From IMG/VR virus record IMGVR_UViG_3300025073_000989: 64,000 nt of DNA. One strand, 5' to 3'. The stretch is from a virus (taxonomy: Duplodnaviria; Caudoviricetes). The notes beneath the pieces were generated by a model, which ran no database searches, was not told the DNA's origin, and saw only the letters and a list, made by a program, of their open reading frames with translations. Made by a program: the position numbers and the translations under genes. Positions within the stretch are counted from its first letter, which is position 1. Each line of letters begins with the position of its first letter. Positions 38,901-48,360 of the stretch are shown here, one piece after another.

Positions 38901-41795
38901 ACCACAAGGACATCCAACTGTAATTAGACAAAAGTCATCCTCAAAACCATAATGATCGTTTGGTCCTAACATCCTAAGGTCATGCTGGCCATGCTCGTAC
39001 TTACCCTCCCCGTTTGGTAAAAAATTAGGCATAACATCAAAAGCCGCAGCTGTTCCTTGTGTTACATTCTCATAAAACTGGTAAGCTTCGCAGTTATTAT
39101 AAGGCCACCACATAGGCCCAATTTCAGGATTACCATTAACATCATAATATTTTGGATCAATGTTAATTCTTAATGTATGATCACCACATCGCGGCTGAAA
39201 CCTTTTTTCCGATAAATCTCCGGCAGCAACCTCACTGTATCCCTCTGGAAATTCCGTACAACTACAATTTGGCATATTATAGTAAGTTTTATAGTACGCT
39301 TTCCAATCGTATTTTATTTCTACAGACGGGGCCAACGGCTGCCTTACCCAAGTCACCATCTTAGTTTTGGTTATTCCTATAGAACGCCCTGAAGGTCCCC
39401 TGAATACCGCAGTCATAGTGGCAGGCCCCATAAACCCAGTATGGCTGTACAAAGGCCCTTGCTGCTCTAGGGCCCCTGTGATACCCACAAGTGTTTGGTT
39501 TTCATACTCTATACCTAATCCCTCAGTTGTAAAGAAAGTAGAATCTATAGACGCTTCCTCATCAAAACTTCTTTTCTGATATGTTCTTAGTTTATTAAAG
39601 CGTAATATCGATCCATCAAGACAAAATCGCACATACTCATCTAAGTCCTCTGGAAAAACAATAATTTGGTTTGGCATTAAGCTATAATCAGTTCCATCAG
39701 CCACAGTGACCATTGTATAATTACTGGTTTCTACAATAGCATCTATGCTTTCAAATGACCATGGAAATACTGCATTATTTATATCTATATGTTTTAATGT
39801 AACTACAAGATGTCCGCTCCCAAGCACTTGTATCTCATCGATGTCTGGCATATATAGTTCTTTTTCGCCAACATGAAGTTTGTAAGATAATAATTGTTTA
39901 GCATTATCTTCAAAATCACCAAGTAGGTCAGAGTCTACATACTCAATCACTGTATCATTATATATATAATCCACCTCTGTTTCAAAACCAGACCATGCCC
40001 TTCCGGCATTTTTGAAAGGCACAAATTCAAACTTTATTCCGCCCGGATCAAAACTATCGCCCAATAGATCATTTTCTTCCTGTATAGAAAAATTAAAACT
40101 TTTTTCAAAGTTTGGGCAATGGCCCAACGCTTTATTATCCCCGTATGCTGAAAATTCCTTTTGTAACAGTATCCCTCCAACTACTACTCTTTCAAACGAC
40201 ACTTTACTGTATTCCCACAATCCGTTAATAATAGCAAAAGCAACAACCTCGTTATCCCCAGGATATATAGGAACATCTAATATAAAAGTATTACCTTGTT
40301 TACCATTTACGTTTAATCTCATTTTTTCTGGAGATAGTACTCTGAGCAGATTTAATATACTACTCAATCTAGAATAAAAAGCATCGTAGTTATTTCCTAG
40401 AACTAACTTTACATCTAACATACTATCCCTTTCAAAAATCTCCCTGGGAATTACGTATTTTAAATCCGGGTCGTTTATGTTTATTAAATAAACATCAGTT
40501 ATATCTGGTATAGATCCGTATATAAAAAAACTCTCATTCCATATATCACCATTAGGTAGCGTTTTTGGAACATCCCCCATTATATTTGTAGTCTCTATAT
40601 AGTTATCACCGTAAGCGTTTATATTAAACCTGTTTCTAATTATAGGAACAATTGGTAAATGATTCAACTCTCTTATAAGTGATGGGTAGTTTGGAGGACC
40701 ATTTACAACAGGAATTCCTGCCGTCAAAACCATATGATCATAACCTATGGTAAATGGATCAAAGTTTTCTATATAAACTCTAGTGGCCGGAATTTTATAT
40801 ACCTTACTGCCTCTGTCGTCAATAGTAGTATCAATATCCCCTTCCCAAGAATATATATTACCGTCATCATAAAACAAGGATTTAAAGTTCTTTTCGTCCC
40901 ATGTCTCCATTCTTAGATAGTATCTAAGTTCCTGTATTTGCTCTGCAAGTATTTTATCACCGGGCTTAAGATATTCGTTTATACAGTATCTCCAACAAAT
41001 CCCTGTATATTTAGGGCACATATCATTACAGCCATTACATTTATGCTGTACCAGATTATTAGAATCTTTACCTGTTTTATATGGATCTACCACAGAGTTC
41101 TCATTTGTACATTTACTATCAAAACTTAATATTTCTCCAACATCATCCAATTCAAACAAAACAGGGCTACCGTCCCACCATAAACAGGTAGAAAATTTAG
41201 CCCTAATATTAAGTACCTCATATACTATAGGAAGTATATAAACTAGCCCTTCTCCATCTACAAAACAAGATTCAGTGGCAGCTGAAGTATCTATGTTATC
41301 ATAAGAAATATTCCTAGGAGAATACCCAGAACAAGTAACAGAAGTTCCATTTGAATCACATTGCCCGTCATTGTATTCACTAATATCGTAAAAAGACCAG
41401 TACTTTCCTTCTACCTGACTAAGATTACCTTCTGGGCCATGATTATATAGTGGTGTAGTTTGTTGTTCAGGATCAGATGTTTCTACAACAGAAACCCATT
41501 TTCTACCTGTTTTTTTATTACAAATGTGAGTCTTGGGGTTTGGTAAAATACATTTTGGTAGGTAAATATCTTCATCACTATCTTCGGGCCAAGTAAATTT
41601 ATTGCATGTTAGTGATGTGCCTATTAAATTACAATAAGGATAGTTAGAGGCTCTTTCTTTTTGAACCACTTGGCCTGGGCCTTCTATATCATTTTCTCCC
41701 TCCCAAGTACATATAGTACTAACCGAAGCCCAGTAAACACAAACACGCGGGTCCTTCTCTTGCCAATACTTGCATGTATTGTATACAATAGTCAT
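35988..41795 (-). CDS. Giant (1935 aa) putative virion protein with Cys-rich N-terminus
   Basis: 17 Cys in the first 271 aa; located in the structural block; no recognised catalytic motif. Confidence 0.55.
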   Translation of the reverse strand: MTIVYNTCKYWQEKDPRVCVYWASVSTICTWEGENDIEGPGQVVQKERASNYPYCNLIGTSLTCNKFTWPEDSDEDIYLPKCILPNPKTHICNKKTGRKWVSVVETSDPEQQTTPLYNHGPEGNLSQVEGKYWSFYDISEYNDGQCDSNGTSVTCSGYSPRNISYDNIDTSAATESCFVDGEGLVYILPIVYEVLNIRAKFSTCLWWDGSPVLFELDDVGEILSFDSKCTNENSVVDPYKTGKDSNNLVQHKCNGCNDMCPKYTGICWRYCINEYLKPGDKILAEQIQELRYYLRMETWDEKNFKSLFYDDGNIYSWEGDIDTTIDDRGSKVYKIPATRVYIENFDPFTIGYDHMVLTAGIPVVNGPPNYPSLIRELNHLPIVPIIRNRFNINAYGDNYIETTNIMGDVPKTLPNGDIWNESFFIYGSIPDITDVYLININDPDLKYVIPREIFERDSMLDVKLVLGNNYDAFYSRLSSILNLLRVLSPEKMRLNVNGKQGNTFILDVPIYPGDNEVVAFAIINGLWEYSKVSFERVVVGGILLQKEFSAYGDNKALGHCPNFEKSFNFSIQEENDLLGDSFDPGGIKFEFVPFKNAGRAWSGFETEVDYIYNDTVIEYVDSDLLGDFEDNAKQLLSYKLHVGEKELYMPDIDEIQVLGSGHLVVTLKHIDINNAVFPWSFESIDAIVETSNYTMVTVADGTDYSLMPNQIIVFPEDLDEYVRFCLDGSILRFNKLRTYQKRSFDEEASIDSTFFTTEGLGIEYENQTLVGITGALEQQGPLYSHTGFMGPATMTAVFRGPSGRSIGITKTKMVTWVRQPLAPSVEIKYDWKAYYKTYYNMPNCSCTEFPEGYSEVAAGDLSEKRFQPRCGDHTLRINIDPKYYDVNGNPEIGPMWWPYNNCEAYQFYENVTQGTAAAFDVMPNFLPNGEGKYEHGQHDLRMLGPNDHYGFEDDFCLITVGCPCGLKTYNQHRHSGNIFDGYGFIRSGCDPLMLSTWRNAPWILGWQKNISDTELLPPFGNASRPFLRSFRSMDRIQYPQIDISTVRLEWKWMPVPMYFTDLNLTNTEPDTFINYTSAWGPKPINPFAFMFFNSTVENILLNETLDPVSRFTFDQVFRSYGDKLTIYPEGNGDYRTKANPWYEFLPYPNNTDRTIHWAWREQYKELKRNSDISLGVLMESALDESSNIIGPFKNYGGSIKGKFYCFFIKQPEYKHDRLLREVTIVCNEGTHIIRFIAPIKDEHTGVYTTLAAVKLDNGAEKYFDIYSGLWADPNDPPNYERLANGVSMDELPDSSGGGVYDEIRNQVSPPGGGASVVVWHDSDTKTYSFSNGLVAGVYSANLYTSEGTSATLDDNKIELDGPVVVDPDTGTQVNTVIDTYYNRGLHIELIPSLFTYLPISMVYVNQFNVYVGPDEILNDLVLNALIGVGELMYTDDTLLMSYEFDNKQKTITRVKITCMFGYKQGEPPVLNEAGGYEKRVDTLYHWPAFDIFISADNSDSNWVKIYSEPDIEFSDFNSQTAVKQTRTYNIDVTRDYLILGSTKLSIVFKQEVLDEELYKVIDNKEITYNSVFEISGISLYEAIFVNAEETIETYERKYYVSHGGCGNFPPQGPAEISYFHKPVDDVSIARQMDSRLGLLNINGEVVTGSEVAFKSMNKCRGRIALPVEKEFTRLSPPISRMEAKQFEWFNDLYNEGASYFSAKNEIPAPLKDIFRSKGLYLGIGGNCEFENTLFMRLASLNTPDRYSAPGHSFLPVSYNPTMMIACWLEDRPFMYVYTAVTADSVPSADTMINDLKEKGLLPDEEYQGLLIRDYVTDQEHILGFGTWVTEAGGPMSERGYEQTGSHIIYEGRRGDMAYWVSEYSKVYDRETRYEVFSTDLTDLILPSAPYAMLHFPTSSEGWASDFNRNWYNYLVYGGMWTGTDPSNGGWLLWNL

Positions 41796-42100
41796 TATTT
41801 ATTATCTTGAACTTTAGTTGTAAATTGTCCTGTAAGCTCATCTACTATATAATGAACTTTGGTCGCTCCTTCGTAGAACCCAATAGTTCTTTGTTCTACT
41901 TGAAAAGACTCTTCTATACCAGGAACCATTGACGCTCTATTTTGAACAAAATAGGCTTGTTTGTTAGGTAGGTTCCAAATTCTACCGTCGTACAAGAGAG
42001 ATAGGCAAATTATGTCTTTCTTTGGTACTTTTTTCCACTCCATTTGCGTTTCTTTGATAATTGTTCCGTCCTTTAGCTCTGCCTGCCACCCTCTACGCAT
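41795..42100 (-). CDS. Hypothetical protein (start revised to ATG at 42100); paralog of 47894-48349
   Basis: AAGGAG SD 7 nt before ATG 42100; WQAELKDGT...W motif. Confidence 0.55.
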   Translation of the reverse strand: MRRGWQAELKDGTIIKETQMEWKKVPKKDIICLSLLYDGRIWNLPNKQAYFVQNRASMVPGIEESFQVEQRTIGFYEGATKVHYIVDELTGQFTTKVQDNK

Positions 42101-43703
42101 GTTGTAGCTCCTTATTATACTTAACAAATTTCATGTTACCACAATCCCAAATACGGTTATACCCTTGGGACTTACGAATTTCCCATTCAGTTTGATCTTT
42201 TGGATCAGTTTGGGTTTTTCTTAAAGCAAATCTATGAATTCTATTAGAAGAATCTCTATCTAAATACCAGTAATTAGGTTTAGTGTTTCCTACAAAGTCA
42301 AACCCTATCTTTTCATATAGATTTCCGTCAGACCATCTTCTATCGGCGTAGGAAAAAAGTTCTTTCCACTCGTAGTTGCGCTCGAAATACTTTAGTAATT
42401 TAGAAGCTATTCCAATAACATTATGATTTATTTTAGAACAAAACCTAGATAATTCCAATACCCCATTTTTATCCTTTAAATTTCCCTTCGAACGCAATGG
42501 CTTAGTAAATGTCATAACCGACACCAGCAAATCATTATAAAAAGCACCTAAACAAATTGATGCATTTACATAGCCTTGAATATGATTATCCAAACAAAAA
42601 ACTTTAGCTTCTCTAGAAGTAATGGGTTTTATACTACATTTTCTTCCATATATTCTAATAAAAAAATCTCTAGATAAAATACTACCTAACCTTGACAATA
42701 GTATATCTTTCTTGTTATTAAGTTCATCACTAAAAACAGTTATTAATCTGTAGCCTTTTTCTAGGCACATATTTAACTTGTTTAAGTGATAATTTTTATC
42801 TTTTCCATTTAATTCGGAATGCCAATAAAGTCCGCAATATTCGATAGCTATCTTTTTTTCTGGAATTACTATATCTAGTTCTTTTGGATAACATATGGTT
42901 CTATTACGACACTCAATGTTAGTAATATTAGAAGTTATATAATTAATCAAATAATCTTCTTCGTCTGATACGCCATTACCACATCTTGGACATCTAGAAC
43001 CATTATGATTCCAATTGTCCAAAGTAACAGTATAATTGTGCTTATTCGGACAAATCAAAGACAATGGACTTTGGCAACCAACATAATCTTTAGAGATAAG
43101 AGTATAACCACTTAAAGAAAAACTATGCGCTAAGTCATTAATATCTTTTTTTACATTACCAAAACAATGGTAACATCTCCTTCCTCGTAACCAAGAACTC
43201 AGACATATACTGTGTTTATGCCCTTTTGGGCATATAAAATCTAGTAAAGTTTTATTATTTATATATTTATTTGATAATAACTCATACCCATCTTTACTGA
43301 ATAACTCTTTTATTTGTTCTATAGTGTATATAGGCCTACCATTACAATAAGGACATCTAGATTTCTTACTATTCCAGTCAGCCCAGCTTATTTTGTGTAT
43401 GTGCCCTTTAGGACATAAATAATCAAGTTTATTTTTACTATTTATATATTCCTTTGAAAGTAATCTATACCCTTCCACATCAAAAGCTTTTCTTATCTGC
43501 TCTATATTTAACTTACCGTTTCCTTTACAAAAAGCACATCTGTGTCCCCTACTAAAATCCATCCACGATAAATTATGTATGTGTCCATTACCACATTTAT
43601 ATTTTAGTTTTGATTTACAAGCTATATAATGATCAGTTATTAAATCATACCCTGCTTTATCAAATTCAGATTTGATAAAGTCATATGTTAATTTTATACC
43701 CAT
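42093..43703 (-). CDS. Free-standing homing endonuclease, Hef/Vsr-like, with four zinc-finger repeats and a C-terminal GNAT-like domain
   Basis: Four ~60 aa GY.L....Y......L...C..GH......W......RC..C repeats; ELDIVIP...IAIEYCGLYWHS; ELSRFC...SYADRRWSDGNLYEKIGF. Confidence 0.75.
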   Translation of the reverse strand: MGIKLTYDFIKSEFDKAGYDLITDHYIACKSKLKYKCGNGHIHNLSWMDFSRGHRCAFCKGNGKLNIEQIRKAFDVEGYRLLSKEYINSKNKLDYLCPKGHIHKISWADWNSKKSRCPYCNGRPIYTIEQIKELFSKDGYELLSNKYINNKTLLDFICPKGHKHSICLSSWLRGRRCYHCFGNVKKDINDLAHSFSLSGYTLISKDYVGCQSPLSLICPNKHNYTVTLDNWNHNGSRCPRCGNGVSDEEDYLINYITSNITNIECRNRTICYPKELDIVIPEKKIAIEYCGLYWHSELNGKDKNYHLNKLNMCLEKGYRLITVFSDELNNKKDILLSRLGSILSRDFFIRIYGRKCSIKPITSREAKVFCLDNHIQGYVNASICLGAFYNDLLVSVMTFTKPLRSKGNLKDKNGVLELSRFCSKINHNVIGIASKLLKYFERNYEWKELFSYADRRWSDGNLYEKIGFDFVGNTKPNYWYLDRDSSNRIHRFALRKTQTDPKDQTEWEIRKSQGYNRIWDCGNMKFVKYNKELQHA

Positions 43704-43807
43704 TCTATCCTCCTACTTGAGTTTAAAAATAAAGAAGTTAGACAAAACAAAGTAGTGCTTTGTCAGAAGGCGTCCCTTCTGTCCTCCTTATATGTCATAT
43801 TGTTTAT

Positions 43808-43836
43808 ACCATAAGCACTAGCTGTACAAAAGTCAA
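43808..43836 (-). promoter_or_regulatory. Sigma70-like promoter for the homing endonuclease
   Basis: TTGACT-17 bp-TATGGT, overlapping TGnTATAAA, AT-rich UP-like tract upstream. Confidence 0.45.
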
Positions 43837-43863
43837 CATTATATAAAAAATTATATAAAACTA

Positions 43864-45462
43864 TTAACTATAGTCGAAGTATAAACGACTATTCACTGAA
43901 GAATTTGCCCCGGTCTCAGCCGAACCCAATCTGATATTCATCCAAATAGGGTCACTTATTAACCCTGTACTTCCAACAGTTTGAGAATCGTCAGCTGTAG
44001 ATACCTCGGCCAAGTTGGCTTTAGTTGAATATAAATATGCTGGAGGAGTGTCGCTATCAATATCCTGAGCTGTAACATTCGGATACCACTCAGTAGCTGC
44101 ATTAGTTCCAGTACCTGCTGTATTAGCAGGACCAACAGTACCAAAGCGAAAGAAGGTATCACTATTTCCTTCATTGTGGTGATTAAAAGTACCGTGAGAC
44201 TGTAGTCCAAACTTAACTGTAGAAACTTCTACTGCCCCAGACTCTACCTCAAACATTACGCACTTAACATCGCTTTCAGTACTAACAGTAACATTTCCAT
44301 AGTTCAAACTAGTTATATTATAACCACTTGGTTTAGGAGCAGAGCATATTACATAAAATTGATCTCCTGCTGATAAATTGTCACCACCACCTGTAGGATT
44401 AAATTTAATCTGTAAACCCCTAAGCCCAAACTGAGTAAAAGACCCAGAGCTGGTTGTACCTACAGAGCTACTATCATCGCCTCTATCTGAACTCCAAGCA
44501 TATTGAGCAGTCCCAGCAGCACCAGTAACATTGGTACCGTCTGTATAGTCTGGTTTATAACATTGAATAGTCCAAGCCGGAGAAGCAGATGAAAATACTG
44601 CATCTGAGAATTTTACCATTAGCCCCTTGGTGCCTACATTATACCAATGATTTACATATAACAGCTCAACAGAAGCTGTAGAATCATCCACAGAACCACC
44701 TGTAGTCCATGTCATAGTAGGAACATTTCCTGTACCAGCCCCCATGGTTGAACCATTAGCTATGTTTATAACTATTGTATAAAGAATGTCAGCAGTTGCT
44801 GTAAATAAACCACCAGTAGTCATAGTTCCATCATAGGTATTAGAACCACCCTTAGTAGGAGTAGCAATTCCCCTCACAGCACCATTATCATTTGTAATTA
44901 CTATTTTATAAGTTTCGTCTAAAAACCCATAGTATGTTCCAGAAACAGTAACATCGCCACTAAAGCCGTTAGGAGCCCCTGTAGTCTTATTTACAGTTCC
45001 TCCTTCCTCTACCTTGGTACCGAACCCTAGGGTCGTGTGAGCGCTATTTGTGCCCGAAACAACCACTACTGTTGATGACGACCCCAAAGTTCCTGAATAA
45101 ATTTTAAATCTATTACCGTAGTTATTACCACTGGTTCTATCGTAAGCAGATTCCCACTTACAAACTGCATTATCGTATCCCTCATCAGCCTTCCCGAGAT
45201 TATGCAATTTTTCAGTTATATCTTTTGCTATAAATCTGGGATCCAAAGCAGACCCAGAATATAACGTTATATATGGAGCAGAATCCCCATCTATACTTAG
45301 ATATAATCTATTTGTAGTAGGACCTATGTCAAAAGTATCCCCAACACTAGCAGTACCTATGGAATACCCATTTGTACCTACGCAACCGGCACCATTTCCA
45401 TCCCCTGCCACACCTGCTGCAGACGGCGAATAGGATACCCAACGAGTTATAGCAGCACACAT
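43864..45462 (-). CDS. Putative virion structural protein (Gly/Thr/Ser-rich)
   Basis: 532 aa, strong AGGAGG SD, carries a domain shared with 27302-35587 and 55819-56796. Confidence 0.6.
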   Translation of the reverse strand: MCAAITRWVSYSPSAAGVAGDGNGAGCVGTNGYSIGTASVGDTFDIGPTTNRLYLSIDGDSAPYITLYSGSALDPRFIAKDITEKLHNLGKADEGYDNAVCKWESAYDRTSGNNYGNRFKIYSGTLGSSSTVVVVSGTNSAHTTLGFGTKVEEGGTVNKTTGAPNGFSGDVTVSGTYYGFLDETYKIVITNDNGAVRGIATPTKGGSNTYDGTMTTGGLFTATADILYTIVINIANGSTMGAGTGNVPTMTWTTGGSVDDSTASVELLYVNHWYNVGTKGLMVKFSDAVFSSASPAWTIQCYKPDYTDGTNVTGAAGTAQYAWSSDRGDDSSSVGTTSSGSFTQFGLRGLQIKFNPTGGGDNLSAGDQFYVICSAPKPSGYNITSLNYGNVTVSTESDVKCVMFEVESGAVEVSTVKFGLQSHGTFNHHNEGNSDTFFRFGTVGPANTAGTGTNAATEWYPNVTAQDIDSDTPPAYLYSTKANLAEVSTADDSQTVGSTGLISDPIWMNIRLGSAETGANSSVNSRLYFDYS

Positions 45463-45511
45463 ATTAAATACCTCCTAAATTATAAAATACTAAAAATTGA
45501 TCTTCAATACC

Positions 45512-45529
45512 CTACTTATAATATGGTTA
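45512..45529 (-). promoter_or_regulatory. TAACC-N8-AGTAG motif, copy B
   Basis: TAACC ATATTATA AGTAG in the 45463-45534 spacer. Confidence 0.55.
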
Positions 45530-45534
45530 AATAA

Positions 45535-46896
45535 TTAATTGTCAGGGTCCTCAATAATAAATTCATACTCAAATGGGGCTAATTCGTTACCTGCAAAATC
45601 TTTTACTCCTTCTACTGTTACTTTAAAAGTCCTTCCATAGAAGTAATAAGTACTTTGTGGATAGATTGTAGCGCCCAAATCTTTACTAATTACTGGTTGT
45701 ATGGTAGCCCCTAAATTAACAGCCTCTAAATCCCTAGTAGTAAAATAAAAAGCGGCAGTATTACTATTAGGACAAAAAGCCAAATTACTAGCCCTAGACC
45801 AAACTGCAATTTCTTTATTTGCACCCCAATCAACTACATCACTAAAGGCTACGTCATAACCGCGCAATAAATAGTAGTCTCTTTCTCTACTATCCCCAAC
45901 TACATTTTCAATATGAGCTGTATATACCAACGTGTCTTTACTATAAAAATCATCTATTGGATCATAAGACATTCTGTAGCCGTTATTTATACTAGAAAAA
46001 ATAACAGGAACCCTTTGTCCATCTACAGCAAAATAACTATCATCTGTATTTATATTCCACAAACAATCAACTATATCAACCCAAGCAGTAGCACTTGTTG
46101 TAGTAAATTCCTCTACATCTAAAAAGAAATCACCGAACTCTAAACTCCAAGTCCTTATATCAGTTTTAGTACCACTAACTTCCATTTTAGTAGAATAAAG
46201 GTCTGAGTAGGTAGCAATAAAACCACCGCTAGCAGTAAGCACATCTATATTACAATCTAACATACCTGAGGTAGTACAAAAAATATCATTCTGTAACATA
46301 AATATATTTTCAGCGCACGAAACTAAATCTATATATATACTACTTACCTTTCCATTTTCAGTTTCTACATCGGTTTGTATAAAATTTAATGACGCCAAAA
46401 GACTACTAAATATATCTGTTGGCAAGCTATATCTTATATCATTCCATATGGTTACATCTACATCTGTATTATTTTGAAAACTTAAAGCACCTATATAAAA
46501 CCTAATAAAATTTATAACATCTATAGAATTGTCTTTAGCCTGAAGTTTTGAAAAAACAACCCTTAAATCTTCTAGACTTTCTAGTCTACTCCCAACCAAA
46601 AACTTAACTAGCATACTATCATAATAGCTGGTACCAAAGTTGGTTTTAAAAAAGTTAATTATGTCACTAATGCTTCCTGTGCTTAAAGATGTATTAAACT
46701 CATTTACAATATCATCTGTATTATCATTAAACATTCCTGGAAAAACACCAGTAGGACCAATAGTAGCCTCAACCTGTACCTCGTCTGTTCCAGAAACAGA
46801 ACTATTAATCACTACCGTTATTGGTATTTTGCTACTTCCAGAATAAGAAGTACCAACAATACATACAGTAGGTAGTAATGCCCTCCAATCAGTCAT
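45535..46896 (-). CDS. Putative virion protein with C-terminal Ig-like domain
   Basis: 453 aa; VTVEGVKDFAGN Ig-like signature near the C-terminus. Confidence 0.5.
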   Translation of the reverse strand: MTDWRALLPTVCIVGTSYSGSSKIPITVVINSSVSGTDEVQVEATIGPTGVFPGMFNDNTDDIVNEFNTSLSTGSISDIINFFKTNFGTSYYDSMLVKFLVGSRLESLEDLRVVFSKLQAKDNSIDVINFIRFYIGALSFQNNTDVDVTIWNDIRYSLPTDIFSSLLASLNFIQTDVETENGKVSSIYIDLVSCAENIFMLQNDIFCTTSGMLDCNIDVLTASGGFIATYSDLYSTKMEVSGTKTDIRTWSLEFGDFFLDVEEFTTTSATAWVDIVDCLWNINTDDSYFAVDGQRVPVIFSSINNGYRMSYDPIDDFYSKDTLVYTAHIENVVGDSRERDYYLLRGYDVAFSDVVDWGANKEIAVWSRASNLAFCPNSNTAAFYFTTRDLEAVNLGATIQPVISKDLGATIYPQSTYYFYGRTFKVTVEGVKDFAGNELAPFEYEFIIEDPDN

Positions 46897-46915
46897 AGGC
46901 GTATTTCAGCCCTCT

Positions 46916-47881
46916 TTATGTATATTGATAATGTAATGTTGTTACAAAATCATAATTTCCAGCAGTAAATGAATCATCCATATCAGCCAACCTGGGCAAA
47001 AAAAGTAAGTAATCGCCTATCTCACTCCCAGTAACTCCTCCGTTTGCCACGTATGTTAAATCGAAATCCCCATAATAACTATCATTACCCTTCAAAACCA
47101 AATCAAAACCAGGAGGATGTATAAATAAGTTTGTACCATATACACTAGAACTTGTCCCAGCCTTTGGTACTTGTTTTGTTCCACCTTTAGACCTATAAGC
47201 TAAACAAGTAGCTCTGTAGTGCTCCTCATCTAATATTTTATTACTTGTAGTAGAATGAGTATCGTCATCCCAAGCAGTTAGTCTACAGCTGTATGCTTCG
47301 CCATTAGTTACTTCGTATATAACTGAATTTGAAGCGTGGGCAAAAACGCTGCTATTATTGTCAGAAGAACTGTATTTCCAAGTATACAAGGAGTCTGACC
47401 CACTTACAGTAGTAGTACTACCACTTATTGTTGCTGTTCCTACAGAACCACTAATTGTTATATTGTATCTGTTGTATGTAGTTCCTTCAATAGAAACTGT
47501 ACCTGAAGCTGTAGCCGCAGTTATAATTCCTCTATTATCTTTATCGTGATATATGATTTGGTTTGTCTCTGTTGGTACTATATATAAAGAAATACCGCTA
47601 AAAGTAGTATCTGTTCCAAAAGTAAACGTTGGGTTGTATAAATATAGTTGTGAAAAATAAGTTCCTTGTATGGTTGGCGCGTTCTGATTCCATTGAAATC
47701 TATACATAAAATCAACAGCCTCATACCAGGTACCTATGTATGCACTACCTGGTAATATATGTGATCTTGTCCCAGCAGCAGCAGGGCTGCTTATATTTGG
47801 GCTTGTAAATACTATTTTAGAAATATCTTTATAAGCAGAACCACCAGAGTTCCATAGTTTTTTAGTTATAGTAACAGCCAT
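46916..47881 (-). CDS. Putative virion protein; paralog of 48361-49047
   Basis: RLTAWDDDTHST motif; C-terminal LHYQYT. Confidence 0.5.
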   Translation of the reverse strand: MAVTITKKLWNSGGSAYKDISKIVFTSPNISSPAAAGTRSHILPGSAYIGTWYEAVDFMYRFQWNQNAPTIQGTYFSQLYLYNPTFTFGTDTTFSGISLYIVPTETNQIIYHDKDNRGIITAATASGTVSIEGTTYNRYNITISGSVGTATISGSTTTVSGSDSLYTWKYSSSDNNSSVFAHASNSVIYEVTNGEAYSCRLTAWDDDTHSTTSNKILDEEHYRATCLAYRSKGGTKQVPKAGTSSSVYGTNLFIHPPGFDLVLKGNDSYYGDFDLTYVANGGVTGSEIGDYLLFLPRLADMDDSFTAGNYDFVTTLHYQYT

Positions 47882-47893
47882 TACTTATCTCCT

Positions 47894-48349
47894 TTAGGCA
47901 GCCGCCATTTTCCAATACGGCGATTCTAAAACTTTATCATCCTTTGAAAGTATAACATCTCCTATATTATGTTTAGACACATTATCCTGTTTCAATATTA
48001 TTTTATAATTGAATACCTCATTATCTCCTAACCCTTTTATATTGACAGCGTGAAATAATTTGTCATCGTTTTGTATACTCTGTGAAACTTCAACTAAATG
48101 CATATAAGCTTTAAACTTTGGAATAGTTATTATATGGCCAGTGGACAGTTTATAATGAAGAACGGTAATTCCCTCTCTTAAATCTGCCCAACCTGTATCA
48201 AAAAGATTATTTCCTTCTACAACAGTACCATCTGCGTATTCTGCTATAAAAAAACACTTATAAGGATTTACCATCCTTACAGTATTATGCCCACCGAAAA
48301 TGTTCCCACTTACAGCGTCTAAATCTTTAATATTTTTTAGTTCTGACAT
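47894..48349 (-). CDS. Hypothetical protein; paralog of 41795-42100
   Basis: FIAEYADGT...W motif. Confidence 0.5.
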   Translation of the reverse strand: MSELKNIKDLDAVSGNIFGGHNTVRMVNPYKCFFIAEYADGTVVEGNNLFDTGWADLREGITVLHYKLSTGHIITIPKFKAYMHLVEVSQSIQNDDKLFHAVNIKGLGDNEVFNYKIILKQDNVSKHNIGDVILSKDDKVLESPYWKMAAA

Positions 48350-48360
48350 AAAATATACCC

